A DNA stretch of 64,000 nt. Source: an uncultured delta proteobacterium (GTDB lineage: Bacteria; Myxococcota_A; Polyangia; Polyangiales; Polyangiaceae). Below are positions 18,892-28,715 of the stretch, in pieces. Numbering within the stretch: position 1 is the first letter of the stretch; each line of letters begins with the position of its first letter. The translations under genes were made by a program, and so were the position numbers. The notes below the pieces were generated by a model. That model ran no database searches. It was not told the DNA's origin and saw nothing but the letters and a program-made list of their open reading frames with translations. The stretch spans positions 3,488,001 through 3,552,000 of the forward strand of contig CAWAIF010000003.1 in assembly GCA_963782055.1 (NCBI GenBank), read 5' to 3'.

Positions 18892-20277
18892 ATGCGAAGG
18901 GTCGTCCTGCTCGCGCTTCCGCTTCTCGCGCTCGCTTGCTCCGCCGCCGATGAGGGGGGCTCGCAGGCGCTGCCTCCTCCGCCAGGCACGACCGCCGACG
19001 CGGGCGGTGGCGGCGACGCGGGCGGCCCGGTCCTCGGGCCCGCGCAGCCCCCGGGCGGCGTGCTGCTGGAGGCCGATGGCACCATCGTCGCCTTCGGCGG
19101 CGTGAAGCTGGACACCAGCGGCGCGCCCTCGTGGCCGGGCAAGGACGTGGCGCGCTCGCTGGTGGTGCGCGTCGACGGCTCGGGCGGCTGGGTCCTCGAC
19201 GCCTTCGGCGACGCCCACGCCTTCGGCGCGGCGAAGCCGATCACCACCAGCTACCAGACCGCCGGCCAGGACACCGCGCGCGCCCTCGTGGTGCTCGCCG
19301 ACGAGGCGAGCGGGTACGTGCTCGACAAGGACGGCGGCATCCACGCCTTCGGCGCGGCCCTCGCGCTCACCTCGCCCTGGACGAAGGCGGACCAGGCCGA
19401 GGGCCTGGACGTGCACGTGAGCGGCGGGAAGGTCGACGGCGGCTGGCTGCTCGACGGCTTCGGCGCGGTGCATCCCTTCGGCGCGGCGCAGGACTACGGC
19501 GACGCGCCCACCTACCACGGCTACGATCTCTGGGAGAAGATCCACGTCGTCTCCGGCGGTGCGTACGTTATCGGCCGCTTCGGCATCATCCAGCCGCTCG
19601 GCACGCCGGAGGGCATCCCGCTGACGGGCTTGCCCGACACCGCCGACGCCGACATCGTGCGCGACATCGTCCCCGTCAGCGCGTCGGGCGATTTCGACGC
19701 CTCGCACGCGCTCGCCTGCCCGGGCGTGGGCACGTACTGCGGCGCCAACGGGATCCCCGGGTCGACCGCCGTGCTCTACACGTGCTCCACCAAGGGGCAG
19801 CCGCCCGCGGCGAAGGTGTGCAGCCACGGCTGCAGCGCGGAGGCGCCAGGCACCCCGGACTTCTGCGTGGGGGTGCTCTCGTGCAACAACGAGCAGTGGT
19901 GGAACACCGCGCTCACCTACGGGCCGTACATGAGCGGCGGCTGGTGGGACACCGATCTGGCCGTCTCCCACGACACGCCGGTGATCCTCCGCCACGACTC
20001 CAAGCTCTACAAGACGGGCGTCTACGGGTGGGGCTACATGCCGGAGTTCGTCGACCAGGTCACCGGCAAGAAGTTCCGCTTCCTGCACCTGCGCCCGCAG
20101 AAGCAGCTCGCCACCAGCGTGGGCCAGGTCTACCCGGCCGGCACCGTCGTGGGGTACTCCGGCGGCGACACGGCGGACACGGGCCTTGGCACCTACTCGA
20201 CGGGCGCGCACCTGTGCGTGCAGACGCTGGACACCTACCGGAACGTCTTCCCGAAGGGGAAGGACCCCTGCGAGTGA
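18892..20277 (+). CDS. Lipoprotein with beta-repeat region, Cys-rich module and degenerate M23-like C-terminal domain
   Basis: Lipobox LALAC. Repeats of GWVLDAFGDAHAFG type. C-terminus FLHL...VGQVYPAGTVVGYSG...STGAHLC follows the M23 fold pattern. Confidence 0.65.
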   Translation: MRRVVLLALPLLALACSAADEGGSQALPPPPGTTADAGGGGDAGGPVLGPAQPPGGVLLEADGTIVAFGGVKLDTSGAPSWPGKDVARSLVVRVDGSGGWVLDAFGDAHAFGAAKPITTSYQTAGQDTARALVVLADEASGYVLDKDGGIHAFGAALALTSPWTKADQAEGLDVHVSGGKVDGGWLLDGFGAVHPFGAAQDYGDAPTYHGYDLWEKIHVVSGGAYVIGRFGIIQPLGTPEGIPLTGLPDTADADIVRDIVPVSASGDFDASHALACPGVGTYCGANGIPGSTAVLYTCSTKGQPPAAKVCSHGCSAEAPGTPDFCVGVLSCNNEQWWNTALTYGPYMSGGWWDTDLAVSHDTPVILRHDSKLYKTGVYGWGYMPEFVDQVTGKKFRFLHLRPQKQLATSVGQVYPAGTVVGYSGGDTADTGLGTYSTGAHLCVQTLDTYRNVFPKGKDPCE

Positions 20278-20352
20278 TCCGCTCACGCCGCCCGGCCGCG
20301 CGATCGCGAGCAGGCCAACAGTCCGACGTGCGGCCCCTCGCTCGCGGGAGCC

Positions 20353-21876
20353 TCAGGGGTGGGCCGCCGCCACCGTCGCCGTCAGCGTCTTGCCCATCAC
20401 GTCGCGCGCGCGCACCGAGCGCGCCTTCGCGAGCGGCGCGTCAGGGACCCAGAGCGTGCCGCCGGGGAGGTGGTCGTACGGGAAGAAGTACCCCGTACGC
20501 GTCGCGAGCGTCGCCCCATCCACCGAGACGTAATCGACAGGGTGCGGCTCGCCCTGCAGCAGCCAGGGCTCGCGCGTCCTCGCCGGGCCGAGGGAGGCGT
20601 CGCCGCCCGCCTCCACCTGCACCGCGTGGTAGACGCTGGTCAGGTTGGTCACGCCCCGCTGGATGCGGTCGGCGTAGTAGTACTGGTTGTCCGTCTTCAC
20701 GCGGTTGTACAGGCGCCCGTAGCTGAAGTCGCTCGTCCAGGGCGGCGAGCAGTAGCTCATGAGATCGTGCGCGCCGTCGGGGCGTATGAGCACCTCGTTG
20801 ATCGAGTCGTAGCCCCAGACGCCGATGAGCGCCTGCTGGTGGGCGGCGTCCTGCGGCCACTGCGGGTCGGTGCCCGCGGCGCCGCCGCACGGGGTGTGAT
20901 TGAGGCCGTGGGCGTGGCCGACCTCGTGGGCCATCGTCCCCGCGGAGCTCTCGCCCTCGCCCGGACCGCCGTAGCCCAGCCCGACGCTGTTGGGCGTGCC
21001 GACGAAGCTCAGGCCGGTGACGCACCCGCCGCCGCAGAAGGTGCCGAGGTTGGAGGTCGGCTCGAACGCGGCGTAGTAGTACACGTCGGGATCGGGCTGG
21101 TCCTGCCCGCGCAGGTTCTGGATCGCCTGCAGGATGGGCCCGAAGCCCGCGCCGGAGCCGCCGATGGGCTGGTTCCACGGGAACGGCTGATCGCGCACGG
21201 TGATCTCCACCGTCGCCGCGGGGTAGAGCTGGTAGATGCGCTGCCGGTAGCGCTCGAGCTGCTCGTCGCTGGTGTCGGGGAGGCGCCCGGAGCCATCCGC
21301 GTCGTACTGCACCGGCACCACCTCCACGCGCACCACGTCGGCGCCGGGGCGCACGTCCAGATCCTCGGTGGAGCCATCTTGCGGGTAGCGCGCGTCGCTC
21401 GGTGAGGAGGTCGGCGCGGGGCCGCCTGCCTCGTTGAGCACCACCGTGTAGCTCTCCCCGGGCTCTAGCATATCGCCGGGCACCGGGATGTTGATGGTCG
21501 AGTCCAGGTCCTCGTCGTCGGAGGGGCCGATCACCGTCTTGGACGCGGAGAGCACCCGGGCGAAGGATCCGGTCGGGGTGGTGGTGACCAGCTTGATGCG
21601 GGCGGTGACGAGGTGCGGGGAGAAGCCATCGCCGGGGGTGACGTAGACGCGCAGCAAGCCGTCGCGCTTCGCGATGAGGGGGATGGTGCCCCTGTCGGCG
21701 GCCTGCCCGTTCTGCATCACGGGGACCTTCAGCACCTGCATGATCGCGATCTCCGAGATGGAGATGTTCTGCGCGAGGCCGTCGCTCAGGGCGGTGGGAT
21801 CGGGCTTGTCCTGCCCGTCGGAACTGCACGAGGCGGCGAGGGGAACGACGAGCAGGGCCAGGAGGGTCTTGCGCAT
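20353..21876 (-). CDS. Zinc metalloprotease lipoprotein (metzincin, M66-like)
   Basis: Lipobox LAASC, HEVGHAHGLNH zinc motif, DLMSYC Met-turn. ATG at 21876. Confidence 0.8.
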   Translation of the reverse strand: MRKTLLALLVVPLAASCSSDGQDKPDPTALSDGLAQNISISEIAIMQVLKVPVMQNGQAADRGTIPLIAKRDGLLRVYVTPGDGFSPHLVTARIKLVTTTPTGSFARVLSASKTVIGPSDDEDLDSTINIPVPGDMLEPGESYTVVLNEAGGPAPTSSPSDARYPQDGSTEDLDVRPGADVVRVEVVPVQYDADGSGRLPDTSDEQLERYRQRIYQLYPAATVEITVRDQPFPWNQPIGGSGAGFGPILQAIQNLRGQDQPDPDVYYYAAFEPTSNLGTFCGGGCVTGLSFVGTPNSVGLGYGGPGEGESSAGTMAHEVGHAHGLNHTPCGGAAGTDPQWPQDAAHQQALIGVWGYDSINEVLIRPDGAHDLMSYCSPPWTSDFSYGRLYNRVKTDNQYYYADRIQRGVTNLTSVYHAVQVEAGGDASLGPARTREPWLLQGEPHPVDYVSVDGATLATRTGYFFPYDHLPGGTLWVPDAPLAKARSVRARDVMGKTLTATVAAAHP

Positions 21877-21878
21877 GA

Positions 21879-22337
21879 CTAGTCTCCTCCCGCTTCGGGC
21901 TCGGGGGCCGGGCCGCCGTCCGTCTGGCCGACGCACCGAGCCACCTCGGCGCACTCCTCGGACGAGTACAAAAAGAGGGCGCACACGTCGGTCGCCTGCT
22001 TCTTCATGCACGCCTCCCACTCGGTCACCGACACGGTGTTGCAGCCGCCCAGGAAGGAGCCCAGGCAGGCGGACTGGTCGGCGAAGTTGGTCACCACCAG
22101 GCCGCCGTCGCAGACGGTCTGCTGGCCGTAGCCGCCGAGCTCGAGGGCGCTCCAGTCGCAGAGCTGCTTGCGCTCGTTGAGGGTGAGGTCGGTGAGGAAG
22201 CGATCGTAGCCGGCGTCGGGATCTCCGGCGTCGACGCCGGAGGTTGGACCTGCCTGCTGCGGCGGCTCCGTCGACGATCCGCAGGCGAGGGCCAGGGCGG
22301 CGGCCCCTGCGACCGTCAAGCAAACGACACGACGCAT
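21879..22337 (-). CDS. Cys-rich lipoprotein, co-oriented with the protease
   Basis: Lipobox LALAC and eight further Cys in the mature part. Ends 2 bp before the protease start. Confidence 0.75.
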   Translation of the reverse strand: MRRVVCLTVAGAAALALACGSSTEPPQQAGPTSGVDAGDPDAGYDRFLTDLTLNERKQLCDWSALELGGYGQQTVCDGGLVVTNFADQSACLGSFLGGCNTVSVTEWEACMKKQATDVCALFLYSSEECAEVARCVGQTDGGPAPEPEAGGD

Positions 22338-22515
22338 CTTCTCGAGAAATATCAGCTCGCCGCCACTGCCGCAACGCCGGTCCAGGGGTCTGCTCCGCCG
22401 GGGCGAGAGGCAGGCGGCGGATTGCCAGCATGCTCGCGGTCCGTCGCCCCGCCGGCCGTCGGCCCTGGAGGGGGGGAGGCGGGCAGTGGACCGCGAGCAT
22501 GCTAACGATGGGCCG

Positions 22516-23628
22516 ATGGAGCGCGTCTACCTTGACTGGAACGCCACGGCGCCCCCCCACCCGGATGTCCTCGCCGCCATGAGCGAGGCGACCCGCGTCG
22601 GCTGGGCGAACCCGTCCAGTGTCCACGCCGATGGCAGAGCTGCGCGCGCGTTCGTCGAGCAGGCGCGTGAGGCCCTCGCCGCGCTCACCGCCGCCGACGC
22701 CCGCGACGTGGTCTTCACCGGGGGAGGGACGGAGGCGAACAACCTGGCCGTCCTCTCGGCGATGCGCCGGCCGGGCAAGCTGGTGACGAGCCGCCTGGAG
22801 CATCCGTCCATCACGCGACTCGCCGAGCGCTTCGAGGCCGAGGACAGGACCCGCTGGCTGCGCGTGGCCCCCGATGGCCGCGTGGACCTGGAGGATCTGG
22901 CTCGCGCCCTGGAGGAGTCGGAGGTGGCGTGCGTGGCGATCCAGGCGGTCAACCACGAGACCGGCGTGCTGCAGCCCTTCGCCGAGGCAGCGGGGGCGGC
23001 CCGCGTCAAGGGCGCCTGGGTCCATGTGGACGCCGTGCAGGCGTGGGGGCGCCTGCCGGCCGAGCGCTTGCAGAGTGCACCTATCGATTCGGCCTCGGTC
23101 GCGGCGCACAAGATGCGAGGGCCGAAGGGCATCGGCGCGCTGGTGATCCGCACCGGCGCCACGGTGCACCCGGTGCTGCTGGGGGGCGCGCAGGAGCGCG
23201 GGCTGCGCCCGGGAACCGTGGACGCCGTCGCCGCGGCGGGCTTCGGCGCGGCCGCGCGGCGTGCGGCCGAGGGTGCGGCGGCGTACGAGCGCATTCGCGC
23301 CTTGCGCGACCAGCTGGAGGCGGAGCTCGTGGCGCTGGGCGGGGCGCGCAACGGCGCCGGTCCGCGCGCCCCTCACGTGTCCAACGTGGCCTTCGCCGCG
23401 TGGAGCGCGCCGGAGCTGGTGGCCGCGATGGACCTGGAGGGCGTGTCCATCTCCGGAGGGAGCGCGTGCAGCGCGGGCACGATGGAGCCCTCGCCGGTGA
23501 TCGGCGCGATGGCGGGGGCGAGTCGGGCGCGCGGGAGCATCCGCGTCTCCCTCGGCGAGAGCACCAGCCCCGCCGAGGTGATCCGCGCGGTGGCCGCCTT
23601 TCGTTTGGTGCTCGCACGTATCAGGTGA
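22516..23628 (+). CDS. iscS: Cysteine desulfurase (IscS/NifS class)
   Basis: YLDWNAT, NPSS, GGTEANN, HVDAVQ, AHKMRGPKG (PLP Lys), GSACS catalytic Cys. Confidence 0.9.
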   Translation: MERVYLDWNATAPPHPDVLAAMSEATRVGWANPSSVHADGRAARAFVEQAREALAALTAADARDVVFTGGGTEANNLAVLSAMRRPGKLVTSRLEHPSITRLAERFEAEDRTRWLRVAPDGRVDLEDLARALEESEVACVAIQAVNHETGVLQPFAEAAGAARVKGAWVHVDAVQAWGRLPAERLQSAPIDSASVAAHKMRGPKGIGALVIRTGATVHPVLLGGAQERGLRPGTVDAVAAAGFGAAARRAAEGAAAYERIRALRDQLEAELVALGGARNGAGPRAPHVSNVAFAAWSAPELVAAMDLEGVSISGGSACSAGTMEPSPVIGAMAGASRARGSIRVSLGESTSPAEVIRAVAAFRLVLARIR

Positions 23629-23803
23629 GGGGTGAGCCGTCTTTCTCACCCAGCCGGTGAGCGATGACGCGCAAGTGCGCGTGGTGTCAGGCGTTATGGC
23701 GGCGCCCGATCGCGGCGCACCCGTTCCATTGAATGGAAAAGGCGCGCCGTGACTCCGCCCATCCGTTCAGGATCCCGGGGAAGACCTCACCTGGAAGGTG
23801 AGC

Positions 23804-25477
23804 TCAACGCCAGGCGGCGCGGGGCTGCGGATCGCCTCCGGACACCCGGATGGGGAGCCAGAGCGCCTTGACGTAGGAGGCGGTGGCGGTCCGCTCGTAG
23901 CCGGCCAGACCGAAGAGCACGTTCCAGTAGTAGCCGTCGGGGCTCTCCCCGTAGGAGAAGAAGGGCAGGACGTGGAACGCCCAGTCCATGCCGCCCGCCA
24001 CGCGCCTCTGCGTGTACAGGGTGTTGCCCGCGACCTGCACCACCGCGTCGTGCTTGTGGTCGGCGAAGCGCCAGTACAGCGGGAAGCCGACGGTGACCCT
24101 GTCGTCCGGCGTAGCCAGGTCGAAGTAGAAGGGCAGCAGCACGTTGTGGCGCGTCTTGTCGTGCCGCCCGAAGTACGCGACGGGATGCAGGTCCGTCTCC
24201 CACCCGTGCTGATCGAAGCTGACCACCAGCGAGGGGAACGCCCAGTAGGTGCGCGAGACGCCGATGTTCTCGAACCGGCCGAAGAGCGGGGTGAGGAAGT
24301 CGTTCCGCGTCTCGCTGGTGTTCCGGTAATAGAAGGGGATCAGACCCCAGCTGCTCTGCCGCACGTCGCGGTCGGTGTAGTGGAAGAAGAGCGGAACGAT
24401 GGGCCCCACCGTCGTGAGCTCCGCCGCGCCCTTGCGCGTGGTCGCGTGGGCGTAGACCGGCGTGATGAGGGTATCGACCCCCGGCGCCTTGCGCCGCAGG
24501 TACACCGGCGTGACGAAGAGCGACTCGGTGTCGGTGTAGCCGTAGTGAAAGAAGGGGAAGACGGTGGTGTGCGATTCGTGGATGCCGCCCGTCTCCGGCG
24601 TGCCGTGGATGTGGAAGAAGAAGGGCGCCAGGTGGAAGAAGGTGCGCTCCGGCGTGGACCCGAAGATGACCGGCCCGGCCACCGTGAGGCTGGAGGCGTT
24701 GAGCTCGTCGGAGCGGTGGTAAAAGAGCAGCGGCGGGATGAGCGTGTAGGTCTTGCGCGCGCCGTTGTCGTTGCCGTTGTCGCCGTGGAAGTAGATGGGG
24801 ACGATCCCCGCGTCCACGTCGGTGCCGGTGCGGTTGCGGAAGTAGGGGCCCGCCAGGGTGAAGGCGCCCTCGTTGTTCCAGTGTGAGGAGGTCAGCAGCA
24901 GGGGCGCGTGGAAGTAGCCGCCGTCCTTGCGCTTGCCCTGGAAGAAGAGGGGCGCGAGCCAGTTGTCGTTCTCCCCCGGGGCCTGACGGTGGAGCATCGG
25001 GCCGACGACGGTGAGGTAGCTCTGCTCGTCGCGGACGTGCCAGAAGAGGGGGAAGAGCACATCGGCGTCCAGCTTCAGCGAGCGGCGCTGGTAGTACATG
25101 AGGCCGAAGAGCGACTGCCGGTCCGGGTGCGAGGGAAGGCCGCGCGTGTGCTCGAAGAAGAAGGGCGGCAGCATCCGGAAGCGGTAGTCGCCGCGCGACT
25201 CCTCGTAGATGCCGTAGAAGCGCCGCTTGAGCTTCCCCTGCGGGGGTGGCGGCCTGTCCAGGCCGTAGTCGCTGCCGATCTGCTTGCGCAGCGCGGGGTC
25301 GATGGCGAGCGGGTCGGCCGGCGCCTGCGGCAACGGCTCGGCGCGCTGGGTCACGGTGGGTGCGTCGCCCTGATCGCCCTGGCCGGGGTTTTGACCCCCG
25401 TGGTCGTCCTGGGCGAGCGCGCCGTGGGCGGCGAGCACGGTGGCGAGCAAGAGCAGCGTGGTGGGGAGGGGCTTCAT
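23804..25477 (-). CDS. Exported aromatic-rich repeat protein, probably outer-membrane beta-structure
   Basis: Signal peptide [22 protein letters not shown]. Recurring P-[LF]-[FY]-[FWY] units every ~15-20 aa. ATGA-coupled to hisS. Confidence 0.7.
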   Translation of the reverse strand: MKPLPTTLLLLATVLAAHGALAQDDHGGQNPGQGDQGDAPTVTQRAEPLPQAPADPLAIDPALRKQIGSDYGLDRPPPPQGKLKRRFYGIYEESRGDYRFRMLPPFFFEHTRGLPSHPDRQSLFGLMYYQRRSLKLDADVLFPLFWHVRDEQSYLTVVGPMLHRQAPGENDNWLAPLFFQGKRKDGGYFHAPLLLTSSHWNNEGAFTLAGPYFRNRTGTDVDAGIVPIYFHGDNGNDNGARKTYTLIPPLLFYHRSDELNASSLTVAGPVIFGSTPERTFFHLAPFFFHIHGTPETGGIHESHTTVFPFFHYGYTDTESLFVTPVYLRRKAPGVDTLITPVYAHATTRKGAAELTTVGPIVPLFFHYTDRDVRQSSWGLIPFYYRNTSETRNDFLTPLFGRFENIGVSRTYWAFPSLVVSFDQHGWETDLHPVAYFGRHDKTRHNVLLPFYFDLATPDDRVTVGFPLYWRFADHKHDAVVQVAGNTLYTQRRVAGGMDWAFHVLPFFSYGESPDGYYWNVLFGLAGYERTATASYVKALWLPIRVSGGDPQPRAAWR

Positions 25478-26763
25478 GCCGGCTCCTCGCGACGGACCGC
25501 GCCGGACGCGGCCAGACAATCGACGACGATCTCCACCACCCTGTCGCGCGCCATCTCTTCTTGCGCGTGGGCGGCGAGGTCCTTGATGGTGACCATCCCC
25601 TTGGCGATCTCCGCCTCGCCCACGATGAGCACCAGTCGCGCGCCCAGGGTGTTGGCGCGGCGGAGCTGCGACTTGAGCGAGCCGCCGCGCGTCTCGGCGA
25701 GGGACGCGACGCCGCGCTGCCGGAGCTCCCGGGCGAGCTGCAGCGCGGGCGCCATGGCCGTCTCGCCGAGCGGGGCGACGAAGGCGTCCACCACCGAGCC
25801 CTGCACCTCCGGCTCGGAGGCGATGATCAGGCGGTCGAGGCCGGCGGCGAAGCCGATGGCGGGGACGGAGGGGCCGCCGAGATCCTGCACCATGCCGTCG
25901 TAGCGCCCGCCGCCGACGAGGGTGTCGCCGGCGCCGAGCTTCTGCCGCGCGCCTTTGATCTCGAAGAGGGTGCGCGTGTAGTAGTCCAGGCCGCGGACGA
26001 GGCGCGTGTCGACGCGGTAGGCGATGCCCAGGGCGTCCAGCAGCCGCCGCAGGCCGTCAAAATGGGCGCGGTCCTCCTCGCCCAGGAGGTCCAGGATGGT
26101 GGGCGCGTCGGCGAGCATGAGCTGATCCCGCTCGTCCTTGGAGTCCAGGATGCGCAGCGGGTTGGTCTCCAGCCGCCGCTGCGAGTCCTCGCTCAGCGCG
26201 GCGCGCCGCGGCTCGAGGTGCGCGCGGACCGCCTCCCGGAAGCGCGCGCGGGTGTCGCCGCTGCCGATGGAGTTGACGAGCACCTCCACGTCGGGCACGC
26301 CGATGGCGCCGAGGAACGTCACCAGCATGTCGATCAGCTCGGCGTCGCAGCCAGGGCCCGGGTCACCGAAGATCTCCCCGCCGGCCTGGGAGAACTGCCG
26401 GTAGCGCCCGCGCTGGGGTCGCTCGGCGCGGAACATCGGCCCGAGGTAGTACCACCGCGTCACCGGCTCCCGCGCGTGCACCTTGTGCTCCACGTAGGCG
26501 CGCGCCGCCCCGGCGGTGCCCTCGGGCCGCAGCGTCAGGTCGTCGTCGTGGTGCCGGAAGGAGTACATCTCCTTCTCCACGATGTCGGTCGTCTCGCCGA
26601 CGGTGCGCACGAACAGGCGCGTCGGCTCCACGTAGGGCGTGCGCACCTCCCGGAAGCCATAGAGGGTGGCCGTCCGGACGAAGGTGCTCTCCACCTTCTG
26701 CCAGGCCCCGACCTCCTCGGGCAGCACGTCGTTCATGCCTTTGACGGCGCGGAGCGGTTCCAT
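25474..26763 (-). CDS. hisS: Histidine--tRNA ligase
   Basis: [40 protein letters not shown]. Confidence 0.98.
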   Translation of the reverse strand: MEPLRAVKGMNDVLPEEVGAWQKVESTFVRTATLYGFREVRTPYVEPTRLFVRTVGETTDIVEKEMYSFRHHDDDLTLRPEGTAGAARAYVEHKVHAREPVTRWYYLGPMFRAERPQRGRYRQFSQAGGEIFGDPGPGCDAELIDMLVTFLGAIGVPDVEVLVNSIGSGDTRARFREAVRAHLEPRRAALSEDSQRRLETNPLRILDSKDERDQLMLADAPTILDLLGEEDRAHFDGLRRLLDALGIAYRVDTRLVRGLDYYTRTLFEIKGARQKLGAGDTLVGGGRYDGMVQDLGGPSVPAIGFAAGLDRLIIASEPEVQGSVVDAFVAPLGETAMAPALQLARELRQRGVASLAETRGGSLKSQLRRANTLGARLVLIVGEAEIAKGMVTIKDLAAHAQEEMARDRVVEIVVDCLAASGAVRREEPA

Positions 26764-26864
26764 CGACGGGGCGACCTTATCGCCCCCGGACCGGGTGCGG
26801 TCAAGCCGACCCTGCCATTGGCGAGGTTTTGCATCCCCGGCCGGCCCGCGCTAAACGCGCGAGG

Positions 26865-27314
26865 GTGAAGCCCCGGCGGAGGACCTGCGCCCTCGATCTC
26901 GGGGAAGCGCGCGTCGGCGTGGCCATCGACGACGAGCTCGGCATGCTCGCCCATCCCCGCGGGATCATCCCGGCGCGGCCGGAGAATGCCATGCTGGCGG
27001 CGATCGCCGAGCTGGCGCGCGCCGAGGACGTCGGCCGGTTCGTGGTAGGACTCCCCCTGGACATGAAGGGCGGGGAAGGGGAGGCGGCGCGCAAGGCGCG
27101 GAGGCTCGCGCAGGCCATCGCCGACGCGACGGGGCTCCCCGTCGAGCTGTGGGACGAGCGTCTGTCCACGGTGCAGGCGCGCCGGGCCCTGGCGGAGGCG
27201 GGCGTGCCCGAGCGAGCGCGCGGCAAGCGCAGCCGCTCGGCCAAGACGCACATCGACGAGGCCGCAGCGGCCACCATCCTTCAGGCCTGGCTGGAGCGCA
27301 GGAGCGCGCCGTGA
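26865..27314 (+). CDS. ruvX: YqgF/RuvX pre-16S rRNA nuclease
   Basis: ALDLGEARVGVAI, VVGLP, WDERLST, DEAAAATILQ. Confidence 0.92.
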   Translation: MKPRRRTCALDLGEARVGVAIDDELGMLAHPRGIIPARPENAMLAAIAELARAEDVGRFVVGLPLDMKGGEGEAARKARRLAQAIADATGLPVELWDERLSTVQARRALAEAGVPERARGKRSRSAKTHIDEAAAATILQAWLERRSAP

Positions 27315-28471
27315 GTCCGCCGCGGAAGCGCAAGAGCGGCGCGCGGAAGAAGCGCAAGCCGGATGCGGAGGCGCCGAAGGCCGCCGCGCCGGCGCCGGAG
27401 GACGCCGCCCGGGTCGGCCCGCTGCTGCGCTGGACGCTCGGCGTGGCCGGCCTCTTCGTGGTCCTCGCCCTGCTGCTGCTGCTCCTGGTCTACCCCACGA
27501 CGAAGGGGCCCATGTTCGGCCGCTCCGCCGACATCGAGGTGGGCGGCCAGTCCGCCGGGGAGCTGGCCGATCTGCTCGCCGACCGCGGCCTGGTGGACAA
27601 CCCTCGCTACTTCGCCATCTACCTGAGGGCGCGCGGCGGGGTCGCCTCCCTCGCCAAGGGCTCGCACTTCCTGCCCGACCACCTTTCCCCGCGCGAGCTC
27701 GTCAACCGTCTGCAGCGTCACGACGCCGAGCGCGTCAAGGTGGCGATCCCGGAGGGCTGGACGCGCTTCGACATCGCCCGGAGGCTGGAGGCGCTCTGGG
27801 TGTGCCGGTCGGCGAAGTTCCTCGCCGCCACCGAGGACCCGGCGCTGCGCGAGTCGCTCCACGTCGAGGGGCCCACGCTGGAGGGCTACCTCTTCCCCGC
27901 GACCTACGACCTGCCGCGTGACGGCGACCCGCGAGAGCTGGTCAAGCGCATGGTGACCACCTTCCAGAAGCGCTACATGGCGCTGGAGGAGAAGCACCAG
28001 TCCGGCCTGGCGGACCTGACGACATCGCTCGGGTGGGGCCGCAGGGAGATCGTCATCCTCGCGTCGATGGTGGAGAAGGAGGCCGCGGTCGACGAGGAGC
28101 GCCCCCTCATCGCCAGCGTCTTCCTCAACCGGATGCGCGACGCCAGCTTCACCCCCAAGCTGCTGCAGTGCGATCCGACGGCCGGGTACGGCTGCCTGGT
28201 GGGCGACCCGCCCGGCTGCGCGGAATACGACGGCAAGGTCACCCACGCCCTCGTCGCCGACGCGCAGAACCCCTACAACACCTACAAGCACGAGGGGCTG
28301 CCGCCCGGACCCATCTGCAGCCCCGGGGCGCGCTCGCTCGAGGCGGTGATGGATCCCGCCATCACCAGCTACCTGTACTTCGTCGCGAAGGGCGCCAGGC
28401 GGCACACCTTCTCCGCCACGCTCTCGGCGCACAACGCCGCCGTGCACAAGGACGCGGGCGTGGCCCCCTAG
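27311..28471 (+). CDS. mltG: Endolytic transglycosylase MltG (YceG family)
   Basis: N-terminal TM, IPEG, EGYLFPATY, ASMVEKE, NPYNTY, GLPPGPI, YLYFV. Confidence 0.93.
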   Translation: MSPPRKRKSGARKKRKPDAEAPKAAAPAPEDAARVGPLLRWTLGVAGLFVVLALLLLLLVYPTTKGPMFGRSADIEVGGQSAGELADLLADRGLVDNPRYFAIYLRARGGVASLAKGSHFLPDHLSPRELVNRLQRHDAERVKVAIPEGWTRFDIARRLEALWVCRSAKFLAATEDPALRESLHVEGPTLEGYLFPATYDLPRDGDPRELVKRMVTTFQKRYMALEEKHQSGLADLTTSLGWGRREIVILASMVEKEAAVDEERPLIASVFLNRMRDASFTPKLLQCDPTAGYGCLVGDPPGCAEYDGKVTHALVADAQNPYNTYKHEGLPPGPICSPGARSLEAVMDPAITSYLYFVAKGARRHTFSATLSAHNAAVHKDAGVAP

Positions 28472-28475
28472 CGGG

Positions 28476-28715
28476 TCACTCGGTGGCGGCGTCGAACGGG
28501 CTGCCGGCGTCGAAGGGCGCGTCGAAGCCGGTCGAGCTGTCGTTGCTCCCGGTGTCCGGCTGCGAGGCGGTGCCGGCGTCGTTGCTCAGCGTGACGTTGT
28601 AGTTGCGGCCGCCGCCCTGCCAGCCATCGCCGCCGGAGCAGGCGAGGGGGCCGGCGGCGCCGGCGAGCAGCAGCACGGCGCCGCACAGGGCGCGCTTGAG
28701 CTTCGTCACGGGCAT
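28476..28715 (-). CDS. Small lipoprotein
   Basis: Hydrophobic leader ending PLAC and DAG-rich tail. Overlaps the upstream stop; start is 28715 or GTG 28709. Confidence 0.55.
   Translation of the reverse strand: MPVTKLKRALCGAVLLLAGAAGPLACSGGDGWQGGGRNYNVTLSNDAGTASQPDTGSNDSSTGFDAPFDAGSPFDAATE

Noticed and set aside
22516..23628. Cysteine desulfurase as DndA of a phosphorothioate system, together with the ParB-like protein
   Set aside because: No dndBCDE or ssp genes are present, and the two genes are 27 kb apart in housekeeping contexts.
23755..23771. Second LexA-like match (CCGCCCATCCGTTCAGG)
   Set aside because: It lies between convergent 3' ends and lacks the left CTG. It shows the degenerate consensus can match by chance, so the 54567 call is tentative.
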